This document shows, piece after piece, positions 1 through 7,540 of a stretch of DNA of 64,000 bases. The notes below the pieces were generated by a model that was not told the origin of the DNA, did not search any database, and saw only the letters and a list, made by a program, of their open reading frames with translations. Numbering within the stretch: the stretch's first letter is position 1; each line of letters starts with the position of its first letter. Origin of the DNA: an uncultured Porphyromonadaceae bacterium (GTDB lineage: Bacteria > Bacteroidota > Bacteroidia > Bacteroidales > Barnesiellaceae_A); the NCBI GenBank assembly GCA_900538705.1, contig UPZG01000008.1, positions 10,585-74,584 of the forward strand, written 5' to 3'. The translations under genes were made by a program, and so were the position numbers.

Positions 1-568
1 ATATTTCCAGTTCGTCGGGCTGGTAACCTACGGTTGTCTTGGCCGTAATAGTTAGTGTCGCAGTATCTACACGATAGACTGCTCCCGGTTGGGCTTCAGG
101 GTCTATGGCTACAGGCCCTACGTAAGCCGAAACATAAGCGTTACCGTCGGCAAAACGTATAAAGCGACAATTGGGTATATCAATCTGCCCTATGCGTACC
201 AGCGAATGGGCATCCATGACCTCTACCTTGTGTGAGCAGTTGATGACGGCATAGAGCTTGCTGCCGTATATCTGTATGTCGTTGCCTACGTCGCCCAGTT
301 CTTTGATTACGGTAGGATTACGTTCGGGATAAAGGTTGCGGGCATAGGTGGCGTTGGCAAAATCGGCAAAGTCGATGGTAGCCTTGTTGCTGCCCATGTT
401 TCCTTCGTTGAGCAGATACATGCCTATTGGGTTGCAGTCAGAGGATGCTTCTATGGGCAACCGGTCATATTCGGCTGGCATTATCATTTCGTCCTTGCGG
501 CAGGCTGCGAGCATACAAAGTATGACGATAAAAACAGCTGCTGTTATATGTTTGCTGTGTCTTGTCAT
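1..568 (-). CDS. Exported lipoprotein, beta-propeller-like, in the BtuG/YncE-like position downstream of btuB; 3' end lies outside the window
   Basis: Absent from the ORF track because it is open at the window edge. My translation of the minus strand from the ATG at 568-566 gives MTRHSKHITAAVFIVILCMLAAC-RKDE..., a signal peptide with a lipobox Cys. It continues with GNDIQIYGSKLYAVINCSHKVEVMD and FADGNAYVSAYVG strand-turn segments. The frame stays open to position 1. The start is 4 nt after the btuB stop. Confidence 0.6.
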   Translation of the reverse strand, partial: MTRHSKHITAAVFIVILCMLAACRKDEMIMPAEYDRLPIEASSDCNPIGMYLLNEGNMGSNKATIDFADFANATYARNLYPERNPTVIKELGDVGNDIQIYGSKLYAVINCSHKVEVMDAHSLVRIGQIDIPNCRFIRFADGNAYVSAYVGPVAIDPEAQPGAVYRVDTATLTITAKTTVGYQPDELEI

Positions 569-572
569 AATA

Positions 573-2567
573 TCATATCTCTATAGTGAGGCCTATACGG
601 TAATTGCGTTTGGGCATGGGGTAGTTGAGTATGACATCGTAGTCTTGGCTCAATAGGTTATTTACCTCGATGGTGGCCTTGAGTCGTATGTTCTTTATCT
701 TGAATGCTTTTACCAGCGATATATCACTGGTATACCAGGGCTGTGTATAATTATATAATATGTTTTCTTGCTGGTTGTAGCGTTCTCCTACGTAGATAAA
801 GCTGTAATTGAGATTCCAATCGCGCCATCCCAACATGACGACGGCCGAGCCGCTATGCCATGGTATGTAAGGAATTTGGTCGCGGTAGTAGCTGTCGGCG
901 GGGTTGGTAATATCGATAGCTTCCTGATAGGTGTATTGCAGTTTGGTTGTAAGCATTATGTCGTATGGAAAACGGAATACGGCCATGGCTTGTGCATCAA
1001 TACCGCGAATATCGACCATTCCGAGGTTGAGCATTGTCCAACGGAACTGTTGCCCTTTGGGATAAGCCACTATTTTATCTTTTACAAGGTTGTAATATAT
1101 ATCGGCACCTATTCTAAAGAAAGAGAACAACTTCTCGTTGCGGTCTAAGTCATATACAATACCTACGTTATACTGTGTGGCAAGCTCGGGGCGCAGATAA
1201 GCATTGCCCATATCGGTATAATAGAGGTCGTTAAAGGTAGGCATGCGATAACTTTGTTTGTAGAATGCGCGTAGTATGAGGTCGGCCTTTTTAAAAGGCT
1301 TGTAAGAGAGGAAGACAGCGGGTGTTACTTTTTGTTTGTCAGGAGTATTTTCCCCTTCGGGCGCTTTCTCGTCGACGAAGGTTGCCAAAACAGAGGCTTG
1401 AATCTTGAAGCAATCGTTTAGAGAGTAAGCTGTGGCTGCCGATAACCAGTGGGTGTGACGAGATGCATCCATGTACTCCGACAGTCCATTCCATTGGTAA
1501 TCGTAGGCGACAGAGACATCCCAATTTCTTAAAATAGTGTATTTGTTAGCCCATGATACATATACCTCGCGTTGTTTGTAAATATTGTCTACGTGTATAA
1601 GTTTATCGTCGTTGTTGACATAACGGGTGTAGTCAAAGGCATATTTCAGGTTGACTTTGGTACTGAGTTTCTGAGTAATGTCATACTCAAACATGCCTTG
1701 GGCAAAAGAGTTGCGATCCCACAATCTTTCGCCTCGTCGCCACACGTTATTGACGATAGCCCCCGGGATGCCTCGCTCCGATGAATAGTGATATAGGTAG
1801 GCTTTCCATTTACCTCGTGGCAGGTATCCTTGCAATCCTCCTTCAAAACGCACGGCATCGATGTCGCCATTCTCTCTGACAGCCGTTGTGTCGTATGCTA
1901 CTTCGCCAGAGGGTGTAACACGACGATAACGGAATTTGTATTTTCCGCTGGCGTTTATCCATTCGGCATTGAAGGTGGCGCTAAGATTTTCGCTTATCTT
2001 GTATTCAAACAAGACAGATGGGTTGATAAGCCCGAAAGAACCAGTCTTTATGCCGGCTTTCAGATGAGCCGTTTCACCCTCGGCAAATTTAGGGCGACGT
2101 GTTGTCAGGTATATTGAACCTGCCGAGCCGAACTCGCGCGCCGATTGGAAGATGTCGCTTCGCTGACCGTTGTATAGCGATATTTCCTCAATATTCTCCA
2201 ATGAGAATTTGCCGAGGTCTACCTGTCCGTTTTGTGCATTGCCGAGTTGTATGCCGTTGTAATATACACCCATGTGGTTGCTGCCCATGCTGCGTATATC
2301 TATGGTCTTTATACCTCCTACACCACCATAATCTTTCAGTTGTACGCCCGAAAAGTATCGCAGAGCGTCGGCAACCGAGAGGCTGTTGAGGCTTTCGAGT
2401 TCCTTGCCGGTAAGCTTTTGCGAGGGGATGACTTCGCTGTATCGGTTGGCTGTGACAACTACTTCGTTAAGTTGTTGTATAGAGTCAAGTTGACTTTCTC
2501 CTTGTACAGTTGATGTCGCTGCAAGGAGCAATGCAAGGATTAGGAATAATTTGGCATAAACGTTCAT
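573..2567 (-). CDS. btuB: TonB-dependent outer-membrane receptor, BtuB-type (vitamin B12/cobalamin)
   Basis: 664-aa ORF with signal peptide MNVYAKLFLILALLLAATSTVQG. TonB-box/plug region reads EVVVTANR...SVADALRYFSGVQLKDYGGVGGIKTIDIRSMG. The size is that of the BtuB class, and a cobalamin riboswitch sits directly upstream. Confidence 0.8.
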   Translation of the reverse strand: MNVYAKLFLILALLLAATSTVQGESQLDSIQQLNEVVVTANRYSEVIPSQKLTGKELESLNSLSVADALRYFSGVQLKDYGGVGGIKTIDIRSMGSNHMGVYYNGIQLGNAQNGQVDLGKFSLENIEEISLYNGQRSDIFQSAREFGSAGSIYLTTRRPKFAEGETAHLKAGIKTGSFGLINPSVLFEYKISENLSATFNAEWINASGKYKFRYRRVTPSGEVAYDTTAVRENGDIDAVRFEGGLQGYLPRGKWKAYLYHYSSERGIPGAIVNNVWRRGERLWDRNSFAQGMFEYDITQKLSTKVNLKYAFDYTRYVNNDDKLIHVDNIYKQREVYVSWANKYTILRNWDVSVAYDYQWNGLSEYMDASRHTHWLSAATAYSLNDCFKIQASVLATFVDEKAPEGENTPDKQKVTPAVFLSYKPFKKADLILRAFYKQSYRMPTFNDLYYTDMGNAYLRPELATQYNVGIVYDLDRNEKLFSFFRIGADIYYNLVKDKIVAYPKGQQFRWTMLNLGMVDIRGIDAQAMAVFRFPYDIMLTTKLQYTYQEAIDITNPADSYYRDQIPYIPWHSGSAVVMLGWRDWNLNYSFIYVGERYNQQENILYNYTQPWYTSDISLVKAFKIKNIRLKATIEVNNLLSQDYDVILNYPMPKRNYRIGLTIEI

Positions 2568-2700
2568 CGCAAGGCTGTTTTAGTGGTCCATAGCCTCGTG
2601 ATGCAGCTTGTTGGGATGTGCCGGTAAAGGGCAGTCGAAGCAAGTCCGACCCGCTATGTAGGGGCATCCAATAGGCTCTGTCCTCGAAAGCTATTGAAAC

Positions 2701-2870
2701 AGTATCGGCAGGTCTTCTGACTTGTTCCCGTCGTCGTGCGCCTTCCCAAATGTAATTCAGTGGCTTTGCGAGCACGCGACGTAATACGGAACTTACAGCA
2801 GCGGGACTGTTCAGGATTTGCACCTGATTCCCTTTTAATCCTGTATGGCTATAGCCGCTGGAACCGATGC
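2701..2870 (-). promoter_or_regulatory. Cobalamin (B12) riboswitch aptamer; the expression platform continues to the btuB ATG at 2567
   Basis: The minus strand reads ATCGGTTCC...AAAAGGGAATCAGGTGCAAATCCTGAACAGTCCCGCTGCTGTAAGT...AGCCACTG...AGTCAGAAGACCTGCCGAT. This contains the conserved GGGAAxxxGGTGxAAxTCC...CCCGCxGCTGTAA core and the B12 box (AGTCAGAAGACCTGCC). P1 is closed by ATCGG/CCGAT. Confidence 0.9.
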
Positions 2871-2872
2871 GG

Positions 2873-2880
2873 CAAATATA
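2873..2880 (-). promoter_or_regulatory. Putative Bacteroidota -7 promoter box (TATATTTG) for the riboswitch-btuB transcript
   Basis: Minus strand reads TATATTTGccgcATCGGTTCC, so a TAnnTTTG match sits 4 nt before the riboswitch P1. No good -33 TTTG was found. Confidence 0.45.
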
Positions 2881-3120
2881 CGAAGAATAGGCGAAAAGCT
2901 CCTGTAAGTGAACGAAAAATATTTTATGACAGACTTGGCCGTATTTGTTGTTTTGTGAGGAGGAAAAAATTTTTATTTCGGCAAAATTGTTGCTATTGCA
3001 ACGATATATTTTATAACTTGCAACAGATTTTTGTATGGTGCTCTTAGAGAGAAATGAGGAGAGAGAATTATTATAGCGGGAGTGATACCCGTGGGTTATT
3101 ATATCAAAACAAATAGCAGT

Positions 3121-4098
3121 ATGGAACAGAAGAAGTATTGGGGTAAAACGTTGGCTTCGTTTTTCCTCGTGTTGTGTACAATGCCTTTGGGGCATGCTTT
3201 GATGAAAGTGATGGAGGCTACTCTCTCTGTGACTGCGTTGCATTATGCAGCGTTTGCCATGGGACTTGTAGGATTGGCAATAGCGATTGCCGGTGTATTT
3301 GTAAAAGGCGACACACAGCAGACGCTTTGCGGACTCTTTGGCGGCCTCTTGTTTTGGACAGGCTGGGTAGAGTTTCTCTTTGCCTATTATGCCTCGCGTT
3401 ATGGCGTGCAGTACGACCTCGTTGGCTCGGGTGTAGTGTCGTCAGTCTCTGAGTATGTCGATGGTATTGCCGTAAGTCATAGTATGACTATCAACGGAGT
3501 GAATATTGTTGATATGACGACTGCTCAAATCAAGGAACTTACCGGTTCGCGTCCCGAGTACCTCATTATGCCGGCCACCTTCGGCATGTGGATGATGTTC
3601 ATGATTATCTATTTGTTTAACACTCGTACAGGATGCCATGCCTACAATTGGTTGCAGAAGGTATTTTTCGGTAAGCGGCGCGAAGAGATTATACCGCATT
3701 CCATGTCGCATCATACAGCCATCACAACATTCCTTGAACTGAATATGATGTTGTGGACGCTCTATCTTGCCTTGATGTTCCTTTACGACCCTGTCTTCTT
3801 GGGCGACAAACATCCTGTTACCCTTATTGTCGCCATAGGGTGCCTGGTGGGCTCTGTCTTTATGTTCCGCTATGAATTGAAGTTGGGGGCGTGGGGCGCC
3901 AATATACGCATGGCTATCTCTACGGTGGTTATATTCTGGACTTTTATCGAGGTCTTTTCACGCAACCGCATCCTCACCGAGTTTTGGGTAGACCCCATGA
4001 ATCACAAGGTAGAGATGATAACCATACTGGCCTGTTTCATTGCCCTTGTAGTCTTTCTTGTTGTCAAGGTGATGCGTTCGCGCAAGCATGTTGCGTAA
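3121..4098 (+). CDS. Integral membrane protein of unknown function (about 8 predicted TM helices)
   Basis: ORF track 3082..4098; I prefer the ATG at 3121 (MEQKKYWGKTLASFFLV...). There are repeated hydrophobic 20-aa segments and one ~55-aa polar loop (SRYGVQYDLVGSG...TAQIKELTGSRPEY). I recognise no family motif. Confidence 0.7.
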   Translation: MEQKKYWGKTLASFFLVLCTMPLGHALMKVMEATLSVTALHYAAFAMGLVGLAIAIAGVFVKGDTQQTLCGLFGGLLFWTGWVEFLFAYYASRYGVQYDLVGSGVVSSVSEYVDGIAVSHSMTINGVNIVDMTTAQIKELTGSRPEYLIMPATFGMWMMFMIIYLFNTRTGCHAYNWLQKVFFGKRREEIIPHSMSHHTAITTFLELNMMLWTLYLALMFLYDPVFLGDKHPVTLIVAIGCLVGSVFMFRYELKLGAWGANIRMAISTVVIFWTFIEVFSRNRILTEFWVDPMNHKVEMITILACFIALVVFLVVKVMRSRKHVA

Positions 4099-4142
4099 GG
4101 CGGCGCAATACCCCCTGAGGATACATTGGCGGAAGGGTATGA

Positions 4143-4180
4143 AAACTACAACGCCATAAGTCTTGCGAGACTTATGGCGT
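4143..4180 (-). terminator. Hairpin terminator following tRNA-Arg
   Basis: ACGCCATAAGTCT-tgcg-AGACTTATGGCGT is a perfect 13-bp stem at 4151-4180. On the minus strand it is followed by TGTAGTTTTC. Confidence 0.5.
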
Positions 4181-4184
4181 TGAG

Positions 4185-4258
4185 TGATCGAGGCGGGACT
4201 CGAACCCGCAACCCACAGCTTAGAAGGCTGTTGCTCTATCCAGTTGAGCTACTCGACC
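4185..4258 (-). tRNA. tRNA-Arg (anticodon TCT)
   Basis: Minus strand GGTCGAGTAGCTCAACTGGATAGAGCAACAGCCTTCTAAGCTGTGGGTTGCGGGTTCGAGTCCCGCCTCGATCA folds as a cloverleaf. Acceptor is 7 bp, D stem GCTC/GAGC, anticodon stem ACAGC/GCTGT with loop CTTCTAA, and T arm GCGGG-TTCGAGT-CCCGC. Confidence 0.93.
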
Positions 4259-4270
4259 GATAAAGCGCTG

Positions 4271-4302
4271 CAAAGGTAAGGGTTATTTGCCGTTTTTACA
4301 AT
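4271..4302 (-). promoter_or_regulatory. Putative promoter of tRNA-Arg (ATTG-N20-TACCTTTG)
   Basis: Minus strand reads ATTGtaaaaacggcaaataaccctTACCTTTGcagcgcttta, then the tRNA 5' end. The -7 box matches TAnnTTTG and the -33 element matches 3 of 4. Confidence 0.5.
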
Positions 4303-4400
4303 ATAATGGCACGTTTTTTATTTGAAGAGCAGGGTAATGAACATATCTGCGTATTATTTACAAGGGAAGCTCTTTTTATCGTTTATATATATATTGCAAG

Positions 4401-5492
4401 CTATTTTGAAAAGACTTCTTTTATTTGTTTGCGTAATTTCTTGTTCTTTATTATTTTATATATAGGAGTAGCCCAGAAATTTCTTAATGACATACCACCT
4501 GCTTCGGCATTGATAGTGCTATTGAATATAATATTTCTTGTTTTAATATCAAAGATTACAACATCATAGTATGCTTTTGCTTCGGGCTTGTTTAGCAGCC
4601 ATGCAATAAAGACCATTCCACAACCATTTTCGTGAGGTAGGTCATATTGTTTAATTATATTTTCTATTGATTCTTTTCGAGGAGTTCCATTGCTATTCAT
4701 TGCGTAGTCCCAATTTATATTTTCTATTAATATATCGGTGGGATAAGTGTATATAGCAACCTCTTTTTGGGTAAGTATAGAAAAATCGAATTTTTGAGCT
4801 TCTGTTTTGAATATAGCATTAATTCCTATGAATGCTTTTGAAAATTGTTGTGCAGTTTCTCTTGCTCTATATATCTGAACATGCGAGAAATCTACGCCGT
4901 ACATTATAATTTCACCTGTGGGTATATAGGGCGGTTGTTGTATCGAAGGGAGTTGAGACTCTGATTCGGGTTCTGGATTAATCGTTTGTGTTTCGGTGAT
5001 TGCCAATGTTTCGCTGGGAGCGTCACTTAGGTTTAGCATTTCGAGCGTTAGTGGTTCTATTATGTCAAAGAGTTCGCCCGATGTAACAATCTTTACTTTT
5101 TGTCTTTCAATAGTTGCGGTTTCTACGTCAACAATTTTAATAGAGAGCATATTTCTACCACCGGTAAGAGTGACGACAGAGAGAACCACTTTGTTAGCGC
5201 CTGCTAATTTACCGATTTCAGTAGCTTGTTGGTCGTTGACTGCACCGGAATTTGAAAATTGTTGTTCTTCCATGATTTTTTCAAGTAACGACCGTTCCAC
5301 AATGCTGTATTGTCCGGTATTAACAATGGTAGAACTTATTATCTCTCTGACGGCAATTTTAGTTCCATCATCAATGGATGTCCCAGAAGATGCAGGATCA
5401 AAAACCGCAATGCGTAACTTTTCGTCAGATTTTGCCATTACCACGGAGTTGCAAAAAAATAATATAATCCAAAAGAACACAATTTTTTTCAT
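4401..5492 (-). CDS. Secreted two-domain protein: N-terminal CsgG/LpoB/TolB-N-like domain, Pro/Glu/Ser/Gln linker, C-terminal domain of unknown function
   Basis: 363-aa ORF with signal peptide MKKIVFFWIILFFCNSVVMA. The N-domain pattern is RIAVFDP...IVERSLLEKIMEEQQFSNSGAVNDQQATEIGKLAGANKVVLSVVT. The linker is TQTINPEPESESQLPSIQQPPYIPTG. The last ~170 aa carry no motif I recognise. Confidence 0.8.
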   Translation of the reverse strand: MKKIVFFWIILFFCNSVVMAKSDEKLRIAVFDPASSGTSIDDGTKIAVREIISSTIVNTGQYSIVERSLLEKIMEEQQFSNSGAVNDQQATEIGKLAGANKVVLSVVTLTGGRNMLSIKIVDVETATIERQKVKIVTSGELFDIIEPLTLEMLNLSDAPSETLAITETQTINPEPESESQLPSIQQPPYIPTGEIIMYGVDFSHVQIYRARETAQQFSKAFIGINAIFKTEAQKFDFSILTQKEVAIYTYPTDILIENINWDYAMNSNGTPRKESIENIIKQYDLPHENGCGMVFIAWLLNKPEAKAYYDVVIFDIKTRNIIFNSTINAEAGGMSLRNFWATPIYKIIKNKKLRKQIKEVFSK

Positions 5493-5766
5493 GATATAAA
5501 TAATTAAAATCAGCTTTTATGTTGTGTAGATATTATGTTATTCAATAATAAAAACGATAAATGAATATGTCGCAAATGTAGTGAAAATTTCCGGTTACTT
5601 TTTAAATGTAATAAAAATATTAGAGTAGTATGATTTAGTTCAAGTTATAGCTAAAAATTAAATATAAATTTATTTGAATGTCTGCCGATTGTAAGTTGAA
5701 TATTTTGTATATTCGCACATTGAATATTTCTGTAAATATTTATAAGTATAATAAAATAGAGTGAAT

Positions 5767-6399
5767 ATGAAAACATGTTTAAGAGTAGGCTTGATGTGCA
5801 TACTTGCAATCTTAGTATTGTCATGTGGAACTTCGAAAAAAGCAGTTGCTCCGGCAGTGGAATCTTCTAAAACGGTAACCAAAAATCTTGAAGGTGAAAA
5901 AGTCAATGTGGAAACAGTAAAACTTACTGGTATAGAAATGGCCGAATCGCTTAATGAAGATGGTACTGACTTAATAAAAAGACCTTATAAATGGTTCGCA
6001 GGAATAGCTACGGCTGATAATAAACAAATGGCCATAGAGCTGGCTCAAAGAGAAGCTTATGCAACAATTTCAAGAGTGCTGAGTAATGCGGTAGAAGATA
6101 AAGCCGAGAAAGGAGCTGTTGTTTTGAATGGTAAAGTACAACAATCTGTTACGTCTCATTGGGAACAATTTAGTATTAGTCTTCAGAAAGCATGTGAACC
6201 TTTTGGGAATACGACTATTGAATATAACCCGCAAACCAAAATGTATACGGCAACAGCCAAGGTGGGTATTAGAGGGGATCGTTTTAACCAATTGCTTAAT
6301 AGTGCAGGTGATTTCAAACCATCAGATTTGACAGGAGAAGATTTGGAGGAATTCATCAAGATTAATAAGGAAATTATGGAGGCTGCTCGCGGGAACTGA
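5767..6399 (+). CDS. Small lipoprotein, possibly LPP20-like
   Basis: ORF track 5761..6399; ATG at 5767 gives MKTCLRVGLMCILAILVLSC-GTSKK (lipobox). The helical segment NKQMAIELAQREAYATISRVLSNAVEDKAEKG resembles LPP20-type lipoproteins; this is a remote resemblance judged by eye. Confidence 0.75.
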   Translation: MKTCLRVGLMCILAILVLSCGTSKKAVAPAVESSKTVTKNLEGEKVNVETVKLTGIEMAESLNEDGTDLIKRPYKWFAGIATADNKQMAIELAQREAYATISRVLSNAVEDKAEKGAVVLNGKVQQSVTSHWEQFSISLQKACEPFGNTTIEYNPQTKMYTATAKVGIRGDRFNQLLNSAGDFKPSDLTGEDLEEFIKINKEIMEAARGN

Positions 6400-6413
6400 T
6401 TTATTCCGAGCGT

Positions 6414-7445
6414 ATGAAAAAGTTCGTTTTTGTATTGTATTTGTTAAATTTCTTTGGAGCTATCGTAGCTCAAGAATATCCGTCAGAGTGGGTTAAATAC
6501 ACACTCGGTGGATATATATATGCTATTGAATATGATATAAATAATGATAATTTGCCTGAAATAGATTTCAAGGAACGGGTGTTAAATGTAGCTCGTGCAA
6601 ATCTTGCCAAGCAGATAGAAATGCAAGTGTGTGATGTTGCAACATTAAACAAAGAGTCTATTGATGGTCATACGTCGGTCGCATATTCGTCGCAAACGAA
6701 TTTTTCAACAGAAGTTAATATGGTATTAGTAAATACCCGAACACAATATGATACTGTAGAACGAAAAGGTTATGCAATAGCGTTCATAGACAAAGATGCG
6801 GCATGTAGTTACTATAAAAATGAATTGAACCTTTTATTCGGCAAAATGAATAATTCGAGGGTGTTGGCAGATGATTTGATTTCTAATGGTTTTAAGTTTA
6901 AGGCACGGGAAGAGCTGTCACAATCTTTGAAGTATTTAACTGAGATAGAAGAGCCGTTGTTTTGGATGAATATTTTTGGAATGCCCCAATTAGAACTTAC
7001 AGAATGGCAAAATAGGTTTAATGAAATTGAGCAAGCCGTTAAACAATCGTTACTTGCATTAAAGCACGGCGTTGTAATTTGCTTGTCTTGTGAAGCAGAT
7101 ATCTTTGGACAACCATATACAATGTTGCAAAGTGGATTGAAGGGGGCTCTGTCGGCGGAAGGGTGTAGTTTTACAGATAATCCTTCTGAGGCAGATTGGG
7201 TAATAACTATTGTATGTAATTCAAGAGAGTATAACAATGTGATGATTGGTAAGATTAATACCTATTTTTCGTATGTAGATGCTCAGATAGCAATTGATAA
7301 AACTATTTCTGCCCAAAGAGTTTTCGAAAGTGGTGTGTCCGAGAAGGGCGGACATGTGCTGAATTTTACAAAAGCAGCCGAAGTGGCATATAAAAACTTG
7401 AAACAGTCTCTTGCACAAACAATTATTGATAATATAAAGCAATAA
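6414..7445 (+). CDS. Secreted protein of unknown function (LPP20-like N-terminus, alpha/beta C-terminal half)
   Basis: 343-aa ORF starting 14 nt after the previous gene. Signal peptide is MKKFVFVLYLLNFFGAIVA-QEYP. The N-terminal part contains VLNVARANLAKQIEMQVCDV. The C-terminal half runs VVICLSCEADIFGQPY...ADWVITIVCNSREYN...FTKAAEVAYKNLKQSLAQTI. Confidence 0.75.
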   Translation: MKKFVFVLYLLNFFGAIVAQEYPSEWVKYTLGGYIYAIEYDINNDNLPEIDFKERVLNVARANLAKQIEMQVCDVATLNKESIDGHTSVAYSSQTNFSTEVNMVLVNTRTQYDTVERKGYAIAFIDKDAACSYYKNELNLLFGKMNNSRVLADDLISNGFKFKAREELSQSLKYLTEIEEPLFWMNIFGMPQLELTEWQNRFNEIEQAVKQSLLALKHGVVICLSCEADIFGQPYTMLQSGLKGALSAEGCSFTDNPSEADWVITIVCNSREYNNVMIGKINTYFSYVDAQIAIDKTISAQRVFESGVSEKGGHVLNFTKAAEVAYKNLKQSLAQTIIDNIKQ

Positions 7446-7473
7446 TTTGGATAGGAATAGTTAGTCGCAGAAA

Positions 7474-7519
7474 CTATATAGGCTGACAAAAGTCAAAAGA
7501 CTTTTGTCAGCCTATATAG
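7474..7519. terminator. Bidirectional hairpin terminator between convergent genes
   Basis: CTATATAGGCTGACAAAAGTC-aaaa-GACTTTTGTCAGCCTATATAG is a perfect 21-bp stem with a 4-nt loop. It lies between the stops at 7445 (+) and 7541 (-). Confidence 0.7.
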
Positions 7520-7540
7520 TTGTAAACTATTAGTTGAGGA

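Larger units (their letters stand above)
4259..7520. other. AT-rich compositional island carrying three exported-protein genes
   Basis: Hand counts on sampled 60-nt lines: 30% G+C (line 6421), 32% (line 4741) and 38% (line 7081) inside. The flanks give 53% (line 3301) and 57% (line 8581). The island is bounded by tRNA-Arg on one side and a 21-bp perfect hairpin on the other. Confidence 0.6.

Noticed and set aside
2485-3243. 252-aa minus-strand ORF and 103-aa plus-strand ORF (2736..3047) covering the btuB leader
   Set aside because: The region is fully explained by the cobalamin riboswitch and its promoter, and the ORF translations are low-complexity.
4185-7520. Classical tRNA-targeted integrative element
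   Set aside because: There is no integrase, excisionase or transposase ORF. I could find no direct repeat of the tRNA 3' end at the far boundary. The insert also abuts the tRNA 5' side rather than its 3' end. It is reported only as a compositional island.
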